DNA of 64,000 nucleotides, from positions 9,176,001 through 9,240,000 of the forward strand of contig OZ024743.1 of the NCBI GenBank assembly GCA_964016885.1, read 5' to 3'. Position 1 is the first letter of the stretch. Each line of letters starts with the position of its first letter. Positions 1 to 11,913 of this stretch are shown in pieces. This stretch comes from Eledone cirrhosa. Its lineage: Eukaryota. The notes below the pieces were generated by a model. The model searched no databases. It had not been told where the DNA came from and saw only the letters and a list, made by a program, of their open reading frames with translations. A program made the position numbers and the translations under genes.

Positions 1-260
1 CGACTAGAACATATGTTATCGTTGCACATCAGAAGTATTTGGACTCACAACGTAAAGGTTGCTAACTAAATACTCCAAGATATTCAACCGTTTCTGGCAC
101 TCAACCGCTCTTACTGCACTAATGGTATTGTGGCAAGTCAACAGATTGAAACATGGAAGCTAACAGCCACATTTTAGGTGACCGAAGTGGCAGATTTGGA
201 TTTCACACCACAAAGCATCCTGTCCGACTCTTTAACAATTCTTCCAACTCACTGCCCTCT

Positions 261-390
261 AGACTAGTACTTTATTTATCGGCCCCTGGAGGGTGAAAGG
301 CAAAGTTGGCCTCCACGGGGTTGGAAATCAGAACGCAGAGAATCTGACGAACTATAAAAACATTTAATCTGTCGTTCTAATTCTGCCAAT
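261..390 (-). mobile_element. SINE family A, degenerate copy
   Basis: Matches the window's common SINE core (tgaaaggcaaagtt..cctc..cggg.tt.gaa.tcagaac) with many mismatches. Confidence 0.6.
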
Positions 391-524
391 TTGACAACAC
401 TTGTGATCAATTAGTAGTTAGTACTGATATGTTTAACTTTATAAGTGAGGATCATTGAAATAACGTCCTGTGACATCGCTATGGAAGTGTTTTGTATTGA
501 CCCGTAGCTCCTGATAGAGTCATA

Positions 525-628
525 AGGCCGCCATAGTGATATACAGCACACCTTATGCATTTTAAACCTGGCGGAGCCTATCTCTCTCTCCAGGTCTGAA
601 CACAGCCGATTTCTGTTAGAGAGAGAGA

Positions 629-710
<82 letters not shown>

Positions 711-890
711 AAAAGAGGAAGTGAGATACAGAAGCAGTAGAAGAATCGATCCTATTACTGGACTAGTACTACTTTTTCGACCTCGGAAGGATTAAAGCCA
801 AAGTGAACCTCGGCGGGATTTGAACTCAGAATGCAGAGAGCCGGAACAAATACCATGGCATTTAATCTGATGATCTAATGACTCTATCAA
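525..890 (-). mobile_element. SINE family A, long-tail variant containing an expanded (GA)n tract
   Basis: Core aaagtgaacctcggcgggatttgaactcagaa at ~800-830; 525-620 resembles 5215-5310 and 33790-33880; (GA)n at 618-708. Confidence 0.65.
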
Positions 891-1244
891 TATATGTGAT
901 TTATTGGCGTGACACATGGTTAAAACCGATGTGGATAATCTTATGAGTGGTAACCTAAATAGTATTTCTAAGACACTTCGACATTCATGGCACGGAATTA
1001 TTAAAATAATGCCCCTGTAACAGTGTAGAAATGTAAAAGTGTCTTAGAAAAAATAATTAATTATCCACCAGAGGTGTTCTAAATTTACTCATAACGTTTG
1101 CTGTGAGAACTGTTAAAATGTTAACTATTCATTAGAGAATATCAGCTTTATTACAATTACCTTCGCAAACCATTTGAAGAATGGTGTTCAACTGAAACAT
1201 CATCAAATATCCGCTGTTATGCTAATATATTTTCTAAATATTCG

Positions 1245-1360
1245 ATTATTATTATTATTACCATTATTATCATTGTTGTTGTTGTTGTTATTATTATTAT
1301 TATTGTTATTATTATGATTATTATTATGATTATTATTATGATTATTATTATTATTATTAT
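1245..1360. repeat. (TAT/TGT/GAT)n microsatellite
   Basis: Directly visible trinucleotide array. Confidence 0.95.
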
Positions 1361-1696
1361 TGAATCAAAGGTGCCAAAAAAGAGTTCATACGCATACAGA
1401 TAAAAGAAGAATCAACACTTGCATACATACATAGGCATTTACAGAAACAATAATCTCCACACCAACAGAAATGAACAGAAAATAACAGTGATAAGAACAA
1501 CAAAAAAGAATGGTAACAGTAGCAGCAGTTGCGGTAGCTAGGAAATATAATCGTTTAGGCAGAAAAGGGGAAGGAAATTCATGCTAACCGCCAAAATGAC
1601 TGTAACTGAATCTTTCGTTCAGACACCATTTCCAGTTAGTCTTGGAATAATGCCAATAACCGCAATGTTTAAGCATACTGACTACAGCAATATACT

Positions 1697-1769
<73 letters not shown>
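1697..1769. repeat. (CTA)n microsatellite
   Basis: Directly visible; explains the poly-Thr ORF 1581..1808. Confidence 0.95.
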
Positions 1770-2325
1770 GCCAACATTAATTTTATTTTATCAAACTGCC
1801 ATATATAAAATGTGGGAATACTACAATAAACACGAGAAGAAAAGATGTAAAAGAAAATTTACTTGAAGGGAGTTGCTGAATTGTTCCTCAGGGTGTTTCA
1901 CTAGACGTAGTAATAGCCCAAGTGGATGAGAGCAAGAAAGAAAGTAAACGTAAAAAATAGAAAGAAAGCAAAAAAAAAAAAAACTAAAAAAACTGCAAGC
2001 TATCTTACCTGTTCAGTAACGAAAGCATTAAAAAATCGAAATCATAATCAGGTAAAGGAAAAAATAAGGAGGGAGGAAAGCTTCTTTTTTTATAAGATGA
2101 AAATATTTAAAAAATGGAAGCTGTAACTCGCGGAAAAGTTGGCGAAAGCATCCTTGCAGGGAACAGCCAGTGCGGTGCGGTACACCAGTAATTTCACCCC
2201 AGGGAGTTCTTTCTACAGGTAATATGCCATCCCACTGATTTTGCGGAGAAAATGACAGTCGGGTCATTAACAACAACGGAGGTCTTGATGACAACAGGCA
2301 CAAAAAGGGAACGGACATTCAAAAC

Positions 2326-2475
2326 TCAGTATTTAATTATTTTCAACTCCTTTGCGATACGAGTAGGTTCGTAGCTGAGGCGATGAGGTTGGTGCCGGAG
2401 AACATGTCTGTTTAAAGTTTCTATCCTCTGGTTGGCATAGGCAATTGCATCATGATATCTCACAAGTTCTTTTTG
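2326..2475 (-). CDS. Candidate terminal coding exon of an unidentified host gene (QKELVRYHDAIAYANQRIETLNRHVLRHQPHRLSYEPTRIAKELKIIKY*)
   Basis: Minus strand: polypyrimidine tract ...tttttttccctttctattgtttacgataatAG, then 49 open non-repetitive codons and TGA; GC higher than flanks. Confidence 0.45.
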   Translation of the reverse strand, partial: QKELVRYHDAIAYANQRIETLNRHVLRHQPHRLSYEPTRIAKELKIIKY

Positions 2476-3864
2476 CTATTATCGTAAACAATAGAAAGGG
2501 AAAAAAACACAAAAACAAAACAAAACAAAAGAAACGATTTGTGGCTTTAATGATATAACATTTAATTAACATCTAGTGATATAGTTACTATTATTATTGG
2601 AGTTGTTGACATTGTTAAGTGACATTAATCAGTTAGTTCTGTCTCAGAACACAAATTTGGTCATGCTCTACAGATCTCTCGTCTATAATTTATTGACTAT
2701 CATTATATCTAATCATAGTGTATTGGGCTGACTCGTGAGAATGTTTAATATCATGTGTTCCATTTGTGAAACTAGTAAGTTTAGCACTGTTGTTTTATTA
2801 TGTTTTTTATTATGTTTTAAAATGAATAAAATGATTACACCTTTATCCTTGATATATAAAACTTTCTTAGTTGCATTATACGAATGCAGCTAAAAAATTC
2901 AATTCATAAAATGATTATTTCATATCATAAAATATGAAACTATTCCCAAGATATAAGCATCGCCATTGTCTACTTTTTCATGGCCTTTTTTTTTCTAATA
3001 TGAAAAGTAAAATGAGATTGAATTGAAAACGCAAAACTAAAAGGAATTCCATCTGAATAAGAAGTCCTGTCACTGATGTTTTGTTGCTTCATGACAAGTT
3101 ACTTATTCACATATTATAATTTTCATTCGTGAATGGAATTTAATCAAACCTCGAATAATTGACAATTATGAAAAGAAATTACAGCAAAGAGTTGAGATTT
3201 ATTCGGATTTACTTCATATTCCATATTTAATACATTTTGAGCTATACTTATTATTGGTGAAGGATAATTGAAAATTCGAAGTTGGTGTCGAAACATTAAC
3301 CAAAAAATTCCATTAACTTGAAATATTGATCTTCATGCATCGTAAAAAATCTTCTAGTGCAAATTGAGGTTTATATTTTATATTGAAGCTTGAATTCACG
3401 TTTACTTCTCACTATACCTGTTATTGAATACATTTTTATGTGAAAGGAAAAAACAGTAATCTTTTAATTTTGCTAAGTGCTAAACAAAACTTAAATCAAA
3501 TATTTATTTAATCATTCTAATATCCTCATGTATTGACATTTCTCACTGGTAATGTTTCATAAGAAATGTTTTTCCTTTTAAGGAGATTACTACTGATCAA
3601 ATCTGACACAAGAGCATTTAGAAGAAAAAGATGTTCTTTCCACTACGGTAATCAATTATCAATTAATTCCAGTAAATCACACGGTAACAACATACATAAA
3701 TATACGATGACTCATTTCTAATCCTTTAAACAGTATGGTCTGTATCTCACACCTCAAGATAGCAGACCACTAACTTATATAACGATATTAGTTTTCTCTA
3801 TCACTATAAACTAACAATACTTACATACAATTATGTAGTAATAAAATAAACCTAATATATATAT

Positions 3865-3942
3865 ATACAAATATATTACACAGAGAGAAGTGTGTTACAC
3901 AGTGAGATGTAACACACTTCTCTCTGTGTAATATATTTGTAT
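3865..3942. repeat. Perfect 35-bp-stem hairpin next to (TA)n
   Basis: atacaaatatattacacagagagaagtgtgttaca / cagtgaga / tgtaacacacttctctctgtgtaatatatttgtat. Confidence 0.9.
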
Positions 3943-4040
3943 TTGTATATTTGTATTTGAGCTAAGATGAAAATTCTCTGTTCTTCTTTGAGCTAATATT
4001 ATTATTACTGTGAAATGCGGAATACTCTAATTCCGATCCT

Positions 4041-4172
<132 letters not shown>

Positions 4173-4211
4173 TTTATATAGGAACAAGACGTTGAAAATG
4201 CAATTTGAGAG

Positions 4212-4279
4212 GGAGAGCTGTGTGGCTATGTGGTGATATGTCTCGCATGTCATCTTTCCACATAGCCACACAGCTCTCC
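4212..4279. repeat. 22-bp-stem inverted repeat
   Basis: ggagagctgtgtggctatgtgg ... ccacatagccacacagctctcc. Confidence 0.9.
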
Positions 4280-5194
4280 ATCTTACTTAATATTTGAACA
4301 TCATTCAAACGTGAAACCAGTAATGTTATTATTAATAAATCTTAAATACTCAAATTGCATTTCCAACTTCTTTTACCCGTGTAGGATTAAAAAAAATATT
4401 TTCTTATGTATATGTTAACGGAGAAGAAGAGGTAAGTCAGCAAAAATGGTGTGCTGTCGAACAGATGTAATGTCTGTTTTATTCATCTACATTTTGAGCT
4501 CCAATCTGCTCTTAACGACATTAGGTTTAATCCGCACGAGAATGATAAAATTTCATCTGGATTTAAATTAACTGTAATTTTACAAATGTTTACAGAGAAT
4601 AGAGAGAATATATACCGATTAACTACAAACAGAATATATGTAACAATATTGTGTATTCACTGTGGGGAGTGGATGTTATATCTTTGACAGGAGCTGTAGG
4701 ATGTTTGATACTTAACGGTTCTTATACTATTTAATCTATAACAGAATATGGTTCACTTGAAGGCGTGGAGTTACATAAACAACTGATTTCCTCTCCTAGT
4801 ATTGGTAATATAATACAGTGAAGTGTAGTCCTACTTTTGTCGAGCAGCAGTGAAAGTGTTTTGTCCTTAATCACACCAGCTGAAAAGAATGTGTGAGAAT
4901 ATGTCCTCATCTTTTACATTTTCTTTCAATTTTTAAATCGAATTAGAATATTTCCCCATATGCTTTTTTTTTTTTATAGAATAAGGCACTCCATCTATTC
5001 TGTGATTTGTTAAGATATGAGATGCAATGATTTGAAGCAGTTTTTATTTAGTTCATTGTTATATATTTTAAATTCCATGTAATCTGACATATAGCTATTT
5101 GAGCCAATGTGGGAACATCTACGTAGTCAAACATCATGTTAGAAATAGTTGATCAAATACTTTCATAACCCATTATGCATGCATGATGCCGTAA

Positions 5195-5520
5195 CTACCG
5201 TGGGAGTAGTAAAGGTGCTGTATTGGCATACAGCGTTTCTAGGGCAGTTTGTAAACCTGGTGGATCCGATCGCCTCTCCAGGTTTGGATACATAAGATTT
5301 CTTCCAGAGAAAGATGGGGAGGGAAAGAATGGATATGAGAAAGAGATATAGAGTAAGAATCGACCCCAGTACCTGACTGGTTCTTTTTTATATTGACCTC
5401 GAATGGATAAAAGGCAAAGTTGATCTCGGTGGGATTTGAACTCAAGGAGCAGAAAGCCGAAATGAATACCGCAAAGCATTTTATCCGACGTTCTAATGAC
5501 TCTACCAATTCACCGCCTTA
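5195..5520 (-). mobile_element. SINE family A, long-tail variant
   Basis: Core aaggcaaagttgatctcggtgggatttgaactca, ending in ccaattcaccgcctta (tRNA-like head on minus strand). Confidence 0.75.
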
Positions 5521-5642
5521 TAACACATTATACTGTCTTAGAAAAATAAAAAAATAAAGACTGGATAATGTCGTCGAAGATAAACTCTGAAAAGGGTCAC
5601 GCATTGAATGCCTTTGGTAATCATACGTTGGCTAAATTGGTC

Positions 5643-8600
5643 GGTTTCTAACATAGTTACAAGACTCTCTCATTGGAATTTACACATCAACTAGGTAGAT
5701 AAGTATGCATGTCTGCATGCATGCATGTGTGGGTATGGATGTTATTGTATGTATGGGTGTGTATGTTTTGAGTTGTATGTGTGCATGTGTATATGCTTTG
5801 TATCTGTACATGTGTATATGCAGTTATTAGATGTAACACTTTTGGAATGTTTTACATATTTTTACTGTCCCATTAATGGATTGTACTTGTAATTTCCTAA
5901 CTAGTTGTGTTCTTTCTGTTGCTGTGAAGCCCAGCTTATCAAGGTTTGTATTGAGGCAGTTACTAACATACCCCAGTGCCCCAATAATCTCAGGCATAAA
6001 TCTGAAGGTGTAATCAGGGTGGAGTATCTGTAGATTTCTCATTAGTTCTGCATAAATATTCTCCTTTTCACTAATCTTTGATATTATATTGGCATCTGCT
6101 GGGCAGCTAACTTGCACTACTGTGCATGCCTTCTTTTCCCTATCCCATATCATTAATCTGGTCTATTATGCCTGCATTTTATTGGGGATTTTACTGGAAC
6201 ATTCCACCAGTACTGATTCATATTATGTATATGTATGTCTTCCACATTGCTGTAGCTTTTAATGTGTTTATTATCGAGGCTATCTTTTCTACGGATTACA
6301 TTGTACAGCGTTTTGGCCACTACATCATGCCTCATAGGTAGATAGTACCGCAATGACATCTTTGGACAGCTGCTTATGACATGGATGACATCTTCAATGT
6401 TAATTCTGCAGAGTCTGCATTTGTCATCACATCTAGGTGATTTGCTTACATCCCTATCTCTTTTGTGAATCAGGTATTTCGTGTTGACTTCCTGTTCTTG
6501 GATTGCAAAAGCGTATCCTTCAAAGTGGGAGCCAATATAGCGGTTGTTGGTCCAAGATAGACTACTTTCTTTATCTATATTGCTCTCACTCTGGAGCTTC
6601 ATGGCAACATATCCATGTATGATTTTTTGCTGATAAGCATGCAGTTTTTCATCCATGGATTCACTGCGATACTGCGGAGCGACTTCCCTAGGTGTGAGCT
6701 TTTGATTATCACACAGGGAATATCTCTCGAGGAGTTCTTTCTCAACTCTCATGATCTATCATGCAGATAGACTTGCTCGAGAGACGGGCTCCTACGCTTC
6801 GAGGTTCTTAGATATTGTCGGGGGGATATGATGCGACATTCTAATTCTGTCTGGACTGATGTTAGGCCTCTGCCTCCCTGCTTACGTTTCAAGTAAAGGC
6901 GGTCTATGTCACTGTTGATGTAGAAGTTTCCGGTGCTGTTTAGTATGTTTTGAGTTCTAACATCAATTGCTCGGATTTCATCTATCGTCCAATTGAGTAT
7001 TCCAAACGTTGGTGTTAGGACAGACACAGCAAACACATTATGAGCCACTGTTTTGTTGTGCGCAGAGAGTTCCGATGATTAAATTTTTCTTACTCGGGTG
7101 TAGTATTACCTGGTTACTCGTTCCTTATTACAAATACCAGTATAGGATGTTCTCATCTATCTCCAGGTATCTATAGCAGTCCTCATCAGATATCGGTGAA
7201 ACAGTTAGGCCATTGATGACAATGTTGCTAGATTGGGTTGTTGTTTTTCCCCGCTTTACAGTCATATATGAGCATTAATCTTGGCCAAACTCCATTCCTA
7301 TATCCTTTGAGAATGTTGTAACCAGGTCAAGATTTTTCTACATCCCATCTATGTTCTTGGCATAGAGTTTCAGATCATCTACAAAGAAATTATGGGTTAG
7401 GTTCGTATTTCTGTCCTCCTGTGAGCCAATGATGTATCCTTCACATTTCTTGAGCAGAAAGGATAAGGGGTTTAATGACAGGATAAATAATATCATAGAG
7501 AGACCGTCTCCTTGAAATATACCCCTGTGATATTCTATTTTAGGATAGTAGCCCAAGAAGAAGACAGCTTCTCGAAGGCTCTGATAATAATGTCTGGGAC
7601 TTTAGCAATTTGGAGGGCCTCTATCTTCCAAGAGTGGTGATAGAATCGAAAGCTTTCCTGTAGTCCAACCAGACTGTAGCCATATTCCTCCTAAGTCGTC
7701 ACACCTCTGACATCGCAGTTTTGTTGATTAGGAGTTGTTCAGCCCATCCCCAAACCACTTTCTTTCCAGTTGCTTATTAATCTGTGATGATGTTATTATT
7801 TTCATAGTGATCTTGGAGGAATAGGTTCAGGCAGACTGTATACATCTTATACATCAGGTTCTGGCATGCAATGGGTCGGTAGTTTTTTCCAAGTGGGTGT
7901 CTTTGTTCTTGGGGACCAGTAATGTTTGTGCTAATGTCAACCATTCTGGTATAAGTGTATCTCCCTTAAGAACTTGTTGGTAGAGGTCGGTAAGATACCT
8001 CTGATAGAATATCAGTTTTTGTACCAGTAGCCGACAATCATATCTCTTCCTGGTGTTTTCTTATCTTGGAGTTTTCCTATCACAGTCTCAAGAGTACCCT
8101 CACTTATTTCGTATGTTTTTGTTGAAGTGTAGGAGCAATAGTTCTTTCGGATTTCTCTTAGCCACACTGCATCTTGGTTGAAATTCTTCTTTTCACCCCA
8201 TATTTTTCTCAAAAAAGGATCTATGTCTTTCTGGGATGGGGCCTCAGGGACACTTATTATTTTGCCCTTCATATCTTATAGACTGATGTTTGGTTTCGTC
8301 TGAATCTTTTATTCAGCACCTTTCTCTCATCTACCATCTTCAGGTATCGGCGTTTTTCGCTAACAGCTCTCAATTCTTGTTTGAGGGTGATCAGCTTATA
8401 TTGGAGAGTTCTGGTTCTACTGTTACCAAACATCATCTCTATTTTATTTTTCACTCTTTGTTGGTGAGGAGTGAAGTTTTTTGTGTTTGTTTGCATGTAA
8501 GGAACATCGTCACATATCCTATGGTTTTTCGTAGGTCAGCAATCTTTTTTTCTATTTTAGTCATATATGATGGTATTTTTGGTGGTTTGTTCTTGTTAAT

Positions 8601-8790
8601 ATCTCTGCTATCACCAGGATAATGCTTCACTGTCGTTGCTAAGGCATATAAACAGGCGTTGATTTGCCAAAATGTTGGGGTTTTTATCCGTCGTAAATAT
8701 TCATCCCCTATTTCGTCAATAACACGTAATATTTCATTATGTATATATGTTTTTCTAGTTTTATAATTTCACAAATTTTTGCCAATAGAG
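5643..8790 (-). mobile_element. Degraded non-LTR retrotransposon, RT + restriction-like endonuclease (R4/Dong-like)
   Basis: Fragmented ORFs 8012-8496, 7338-7556 (RGIFQGDGLS, FFVDDLKLY), 6749-7048 (DIDRLYLKRKQGGRGL), 6153-6752 (CRLC..H...C zinc knuckle, RHD, HNRPD), 5827-6153 (IIGALG); several frameshifts and stops. Confidence 0.9.
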
Positions 8791-8799
8791 AGAGATAGT

Positions 8800-9013
8800 A
8801 GGTTTCTAAAAAGATACAAGATTCTCTCATTGGAATTTACACAACATCAACTTGGTAGATATGTATGCATGTCTGCATGCATGCATGTGTGTGTAGGTAT
8901 GGATGTTATTGTATGTGTGGATGTGGATGTTTTGAGTTGTATGTGTGCCAGTGCATATGCTTTGTATCTGTACATGTGTATATGCAGTTATCAGATGCAG
9001 AATTTTTGGAATG
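8800..9013 (-). mobile_element. Short 3'-end copy of the same R4/Dong-like LINE
   Basis: Diverged direct repeat of 5643-5852 (ctctcattggaatttacac...tgtacatgtgtatatgcagtta...ttttggaatg), followed by (TATG)n. Confidence 0.85.
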
Positions 9014-9685
9014 TATGTATGTATGTATGTATGTATGTATGTATGTATGTATGTATGTATGTATGTATGTATGTAGAGGGAGCTTATAGATCGGACAACA
9101 CACGCTGTCTTTTCGTGGGGTAAGTTTTTAATTAATTTTTGTATTCTGAAATATCAAAATACAACAATTTGTTAGTCACTGGACTCGGGAATGTCACGAC
9201 AGAAGTTTGTGGAAGTTACACAAATATTTTAGTATATTTTAGCAGAGCAATCCTTATTTATATTTTACATTTTACATTTACTTACATCTCAATATAACAT
9301 GACTAAAATTCAAATTTTGCAAAGAGAAGAAAACGGACAAATGAACTAGATACAACTCACTGTCCCCCACCACCACAATAACGTCTACACTCTCTCCCCA
9401 CCATCACATGTCATTACCCTATCTAGACTAAAGTCATCGACCTGTTGTCAAACTCTCTACTCAGTGTTGAATGTGTATACATATATATGTATGTATATGT
9501 GTGTATATACATCACCCAGTCAAACGACCAGATTCAACCCCAACATCTACAACAACAACACCGGCACTAATGTTTACAGCAACAGCTTCAGAATGAATTC
9601 AAATGAACATTTACAACAACACCAGCGGCGTCAAACGATAAAAAAAAAAAAAAAAATCCACAAACAAACAAAAACTCAAAATAAC

Positions 9686-9687
<2 letters not shown>

Positions 9688-9778
<91 letters not shown>
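9688..9778. repeat. (CA)n microsatellite
   Basis: Directly visible. Confidence 0.95.
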
Positions 9779-9779
<1 letters not shown>

Positions 9780-9811
9780 ACAACATCAATAAGTGAGTTT
9801 TTTTTTTTTAT

Positions 9812-10096
9812 TGCGCGGGGACATAGAAATAATCGGGCTGGATGCCCGATCGCGCAGTTAAACCACTGGGAGTGAAGAACCCCTAGCCCTTGTCAGAGCA
9901 TTATTCTAGGAGAAGGCATCTCAGGAAACTGGGTTAACTCCGACATAAAACCTGCGGCTCAGTAGTTACCGATGATGTTGATCTTTTCTTCTTTTCGGGT
10001 TATAGCTACTGTCGCTCAGAGAGTGGGATTGGCTCAGTGCACAGTCTTTCCTCACTTTAAAAATATTCGTCACGCACAGGCATTGCACGAGTGCAT
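9812..10096 (+). mobile_element. Probable 5' UTR of the RTE LINE at 11890-15470
   Basis: GC-richer segment with ctaggagaagg...aaacc motif reminiscent of RTE 5' UTRs; same orientation as the RTE, separated from it only by the inserted LINE. Confidence 0.5.
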
Positions 10097-10115
10097 TAAT
10101 AATTATTAATAGTGT

Positions 10116-11890
10116 ATTATTATTATTATTATTATTATTGTTATTGTTATTCCTTGAATCTCAGTCATTGATGTTGGTTAACTGGAAAGTCCGTTGGATT
10201 GAATATCAAGCCACTACCTGCAGCCTCAGATATTCAGGACGTATCGGAGGGTTCTTGCTGTTCCAAGCAAGCATACCTTTTGAAGCGTTCCAAAAAGCGT
10301 GAAGGGGCCGATTTTCTTCAACCATCCCTGGAAACCTTTGGAGATAGTCCCCAGTGCGCCTATGACAATCGGGATCACTTTGACTTCATGGCAGTTCCAA
10401 ATCCTTTTCACCTCCCACTTTAGGTCCTGGTATCGGTTAATTTTCTCCCTCTCCTTCTCTTGCACTCTCGTGTCGAACGGGCAGGCCACATCCACAATCA
10501 GGCACGATCTTTTTTCTTTGTCCACAACCACCAGGTCAGGTCTATTGTGTTCCAGTTTTTTGTCCGTCTGTATCCTAAAATCCCACAGCACCTTCACCTG
10601 ACTGTTCTCCATCACCGCCTCTGGCCTATGCTCATACCATTTCTCAGAATGTGGTAGATTGTTTACTTTGCACAGGTGCCAGTGGATCACCCTGCCCATC
10701 ACATCGTGTCTCCAGCCCTTATAGTGGGTCTGGGCTAGGTGTTTACACTCGGACACAATGTGAGCCACAGTCTCCTCTCTCTCTCCACAGATCCTGCACA
10801 GTGGGCTAGCCTCCTCCTTGTAGATATGGTGCTTCAACCACTTCGTTTTGAGGGCCTGCTCATGCGCAGCCATTAGCATTCCTTCTGTAGCCTTTTTGAG
10901 GTCTCCTCTTCTCAACCAGTTCCATGTCTGTGGATCTCTAAATTCAGTTTTCTCAAAGAAGGTACTATGAAGGGATTTTCCCTTAAGGCTGCTCTTCCTC
11001 CTTGATGTTATTTCCTCCTTGGACATCCCCTGGCCTACTGTCCCCTCCTTCAGTACAGTTCTGAGCATTGGCTCCTTACTATAGGTCACGTATTTGTATA
11101 GGTTGTTTTTCTCCATCTGAACACAGTCCTCTATGCTGATAAGACCTCTTCCACCCTCAGATCTCCTTAGGTAGAGTCTATCGACATCACTCCTCTTGTG
11201 GAACATGTTGTAGATAGTCAATAGCTTCCTAGTCTTCCTATCCATTTCTTTTTGTTCAGCAACATTCCATCTCAGAATTCCCGCACTGTACCTAATAATA
11301 GACACAGCTCGGGAATTTACTGCGCTTATGGCATTTCTGCTGTTCAGATGTGACTTCAATACGCTCCTTACTCTCCGAATGTATTCAGTTCTTAACAATT
11401 CCTTCATTTTTTTGTTCTTTATGCCATTAGCCTCCAGAACGCCCAAATACTTGCATCCTTCCTCAGAGTCAATTTCCTTTATCATCTCACCTGTTGGTAT
11501 CTGGATCCCGTTACTTCTGCTCAACCTACCCCTCTTCATCACAATGACTCCACATTTACCAATACCAAACTGCATACATATATCACTGCTGAAAATACGG
11601 ACAGTGTCAACAAGCACATCCAACTCCTTCTCACTTTTCCCGAAGAGCTTAAGATCGTCCATGAAGAGGAGGTGATTGATGGTAAGCTCTCCCCTTCCCA
11701 ACTTGTATCCTGCTCTCACTTTTCGCAGCATAATGGTCAAGGGCATCAGGGCAAGGACAAACAACAGAGGGGACAGGCTATCTCCCTGGAAGATACCTCT
11801 CTTGATCTTCACGCTTCCCAAGGATACTCCAGTTGATGTCAACTCTGTCTCCCTATTATTATTATTATTATTATTGTTACTATTATTATT
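10116..11890 (-). mobile_element. Young 5'-truncated R4/Dong-like LINE (RT + RLE) inserted in a (TAA)n microsatellite
   Basis: Uninterrupted frame ~11853 to 10226: RGIFQGDSLSPLLF, HLLFMDDLKLF, KYLGV, CRICGEREETVAHIVSEC, RHD, RPDLVVVD..IVDVACP, IVIGALG; (TAT)n-TGTTA on both flanks. Confidence 0.93.
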
Positions 11891-11913
11891 ACTTTTTTTT
11901 TTTCTCCAATTCA

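Noticed and set aside
9836-9960. HDV-like ribozyme in the RTE 5' UTR (gggctgg/ctagccc pairing)
   Set aside because: No P3/L3 motif or J4/2 in the required order could be identified by eye
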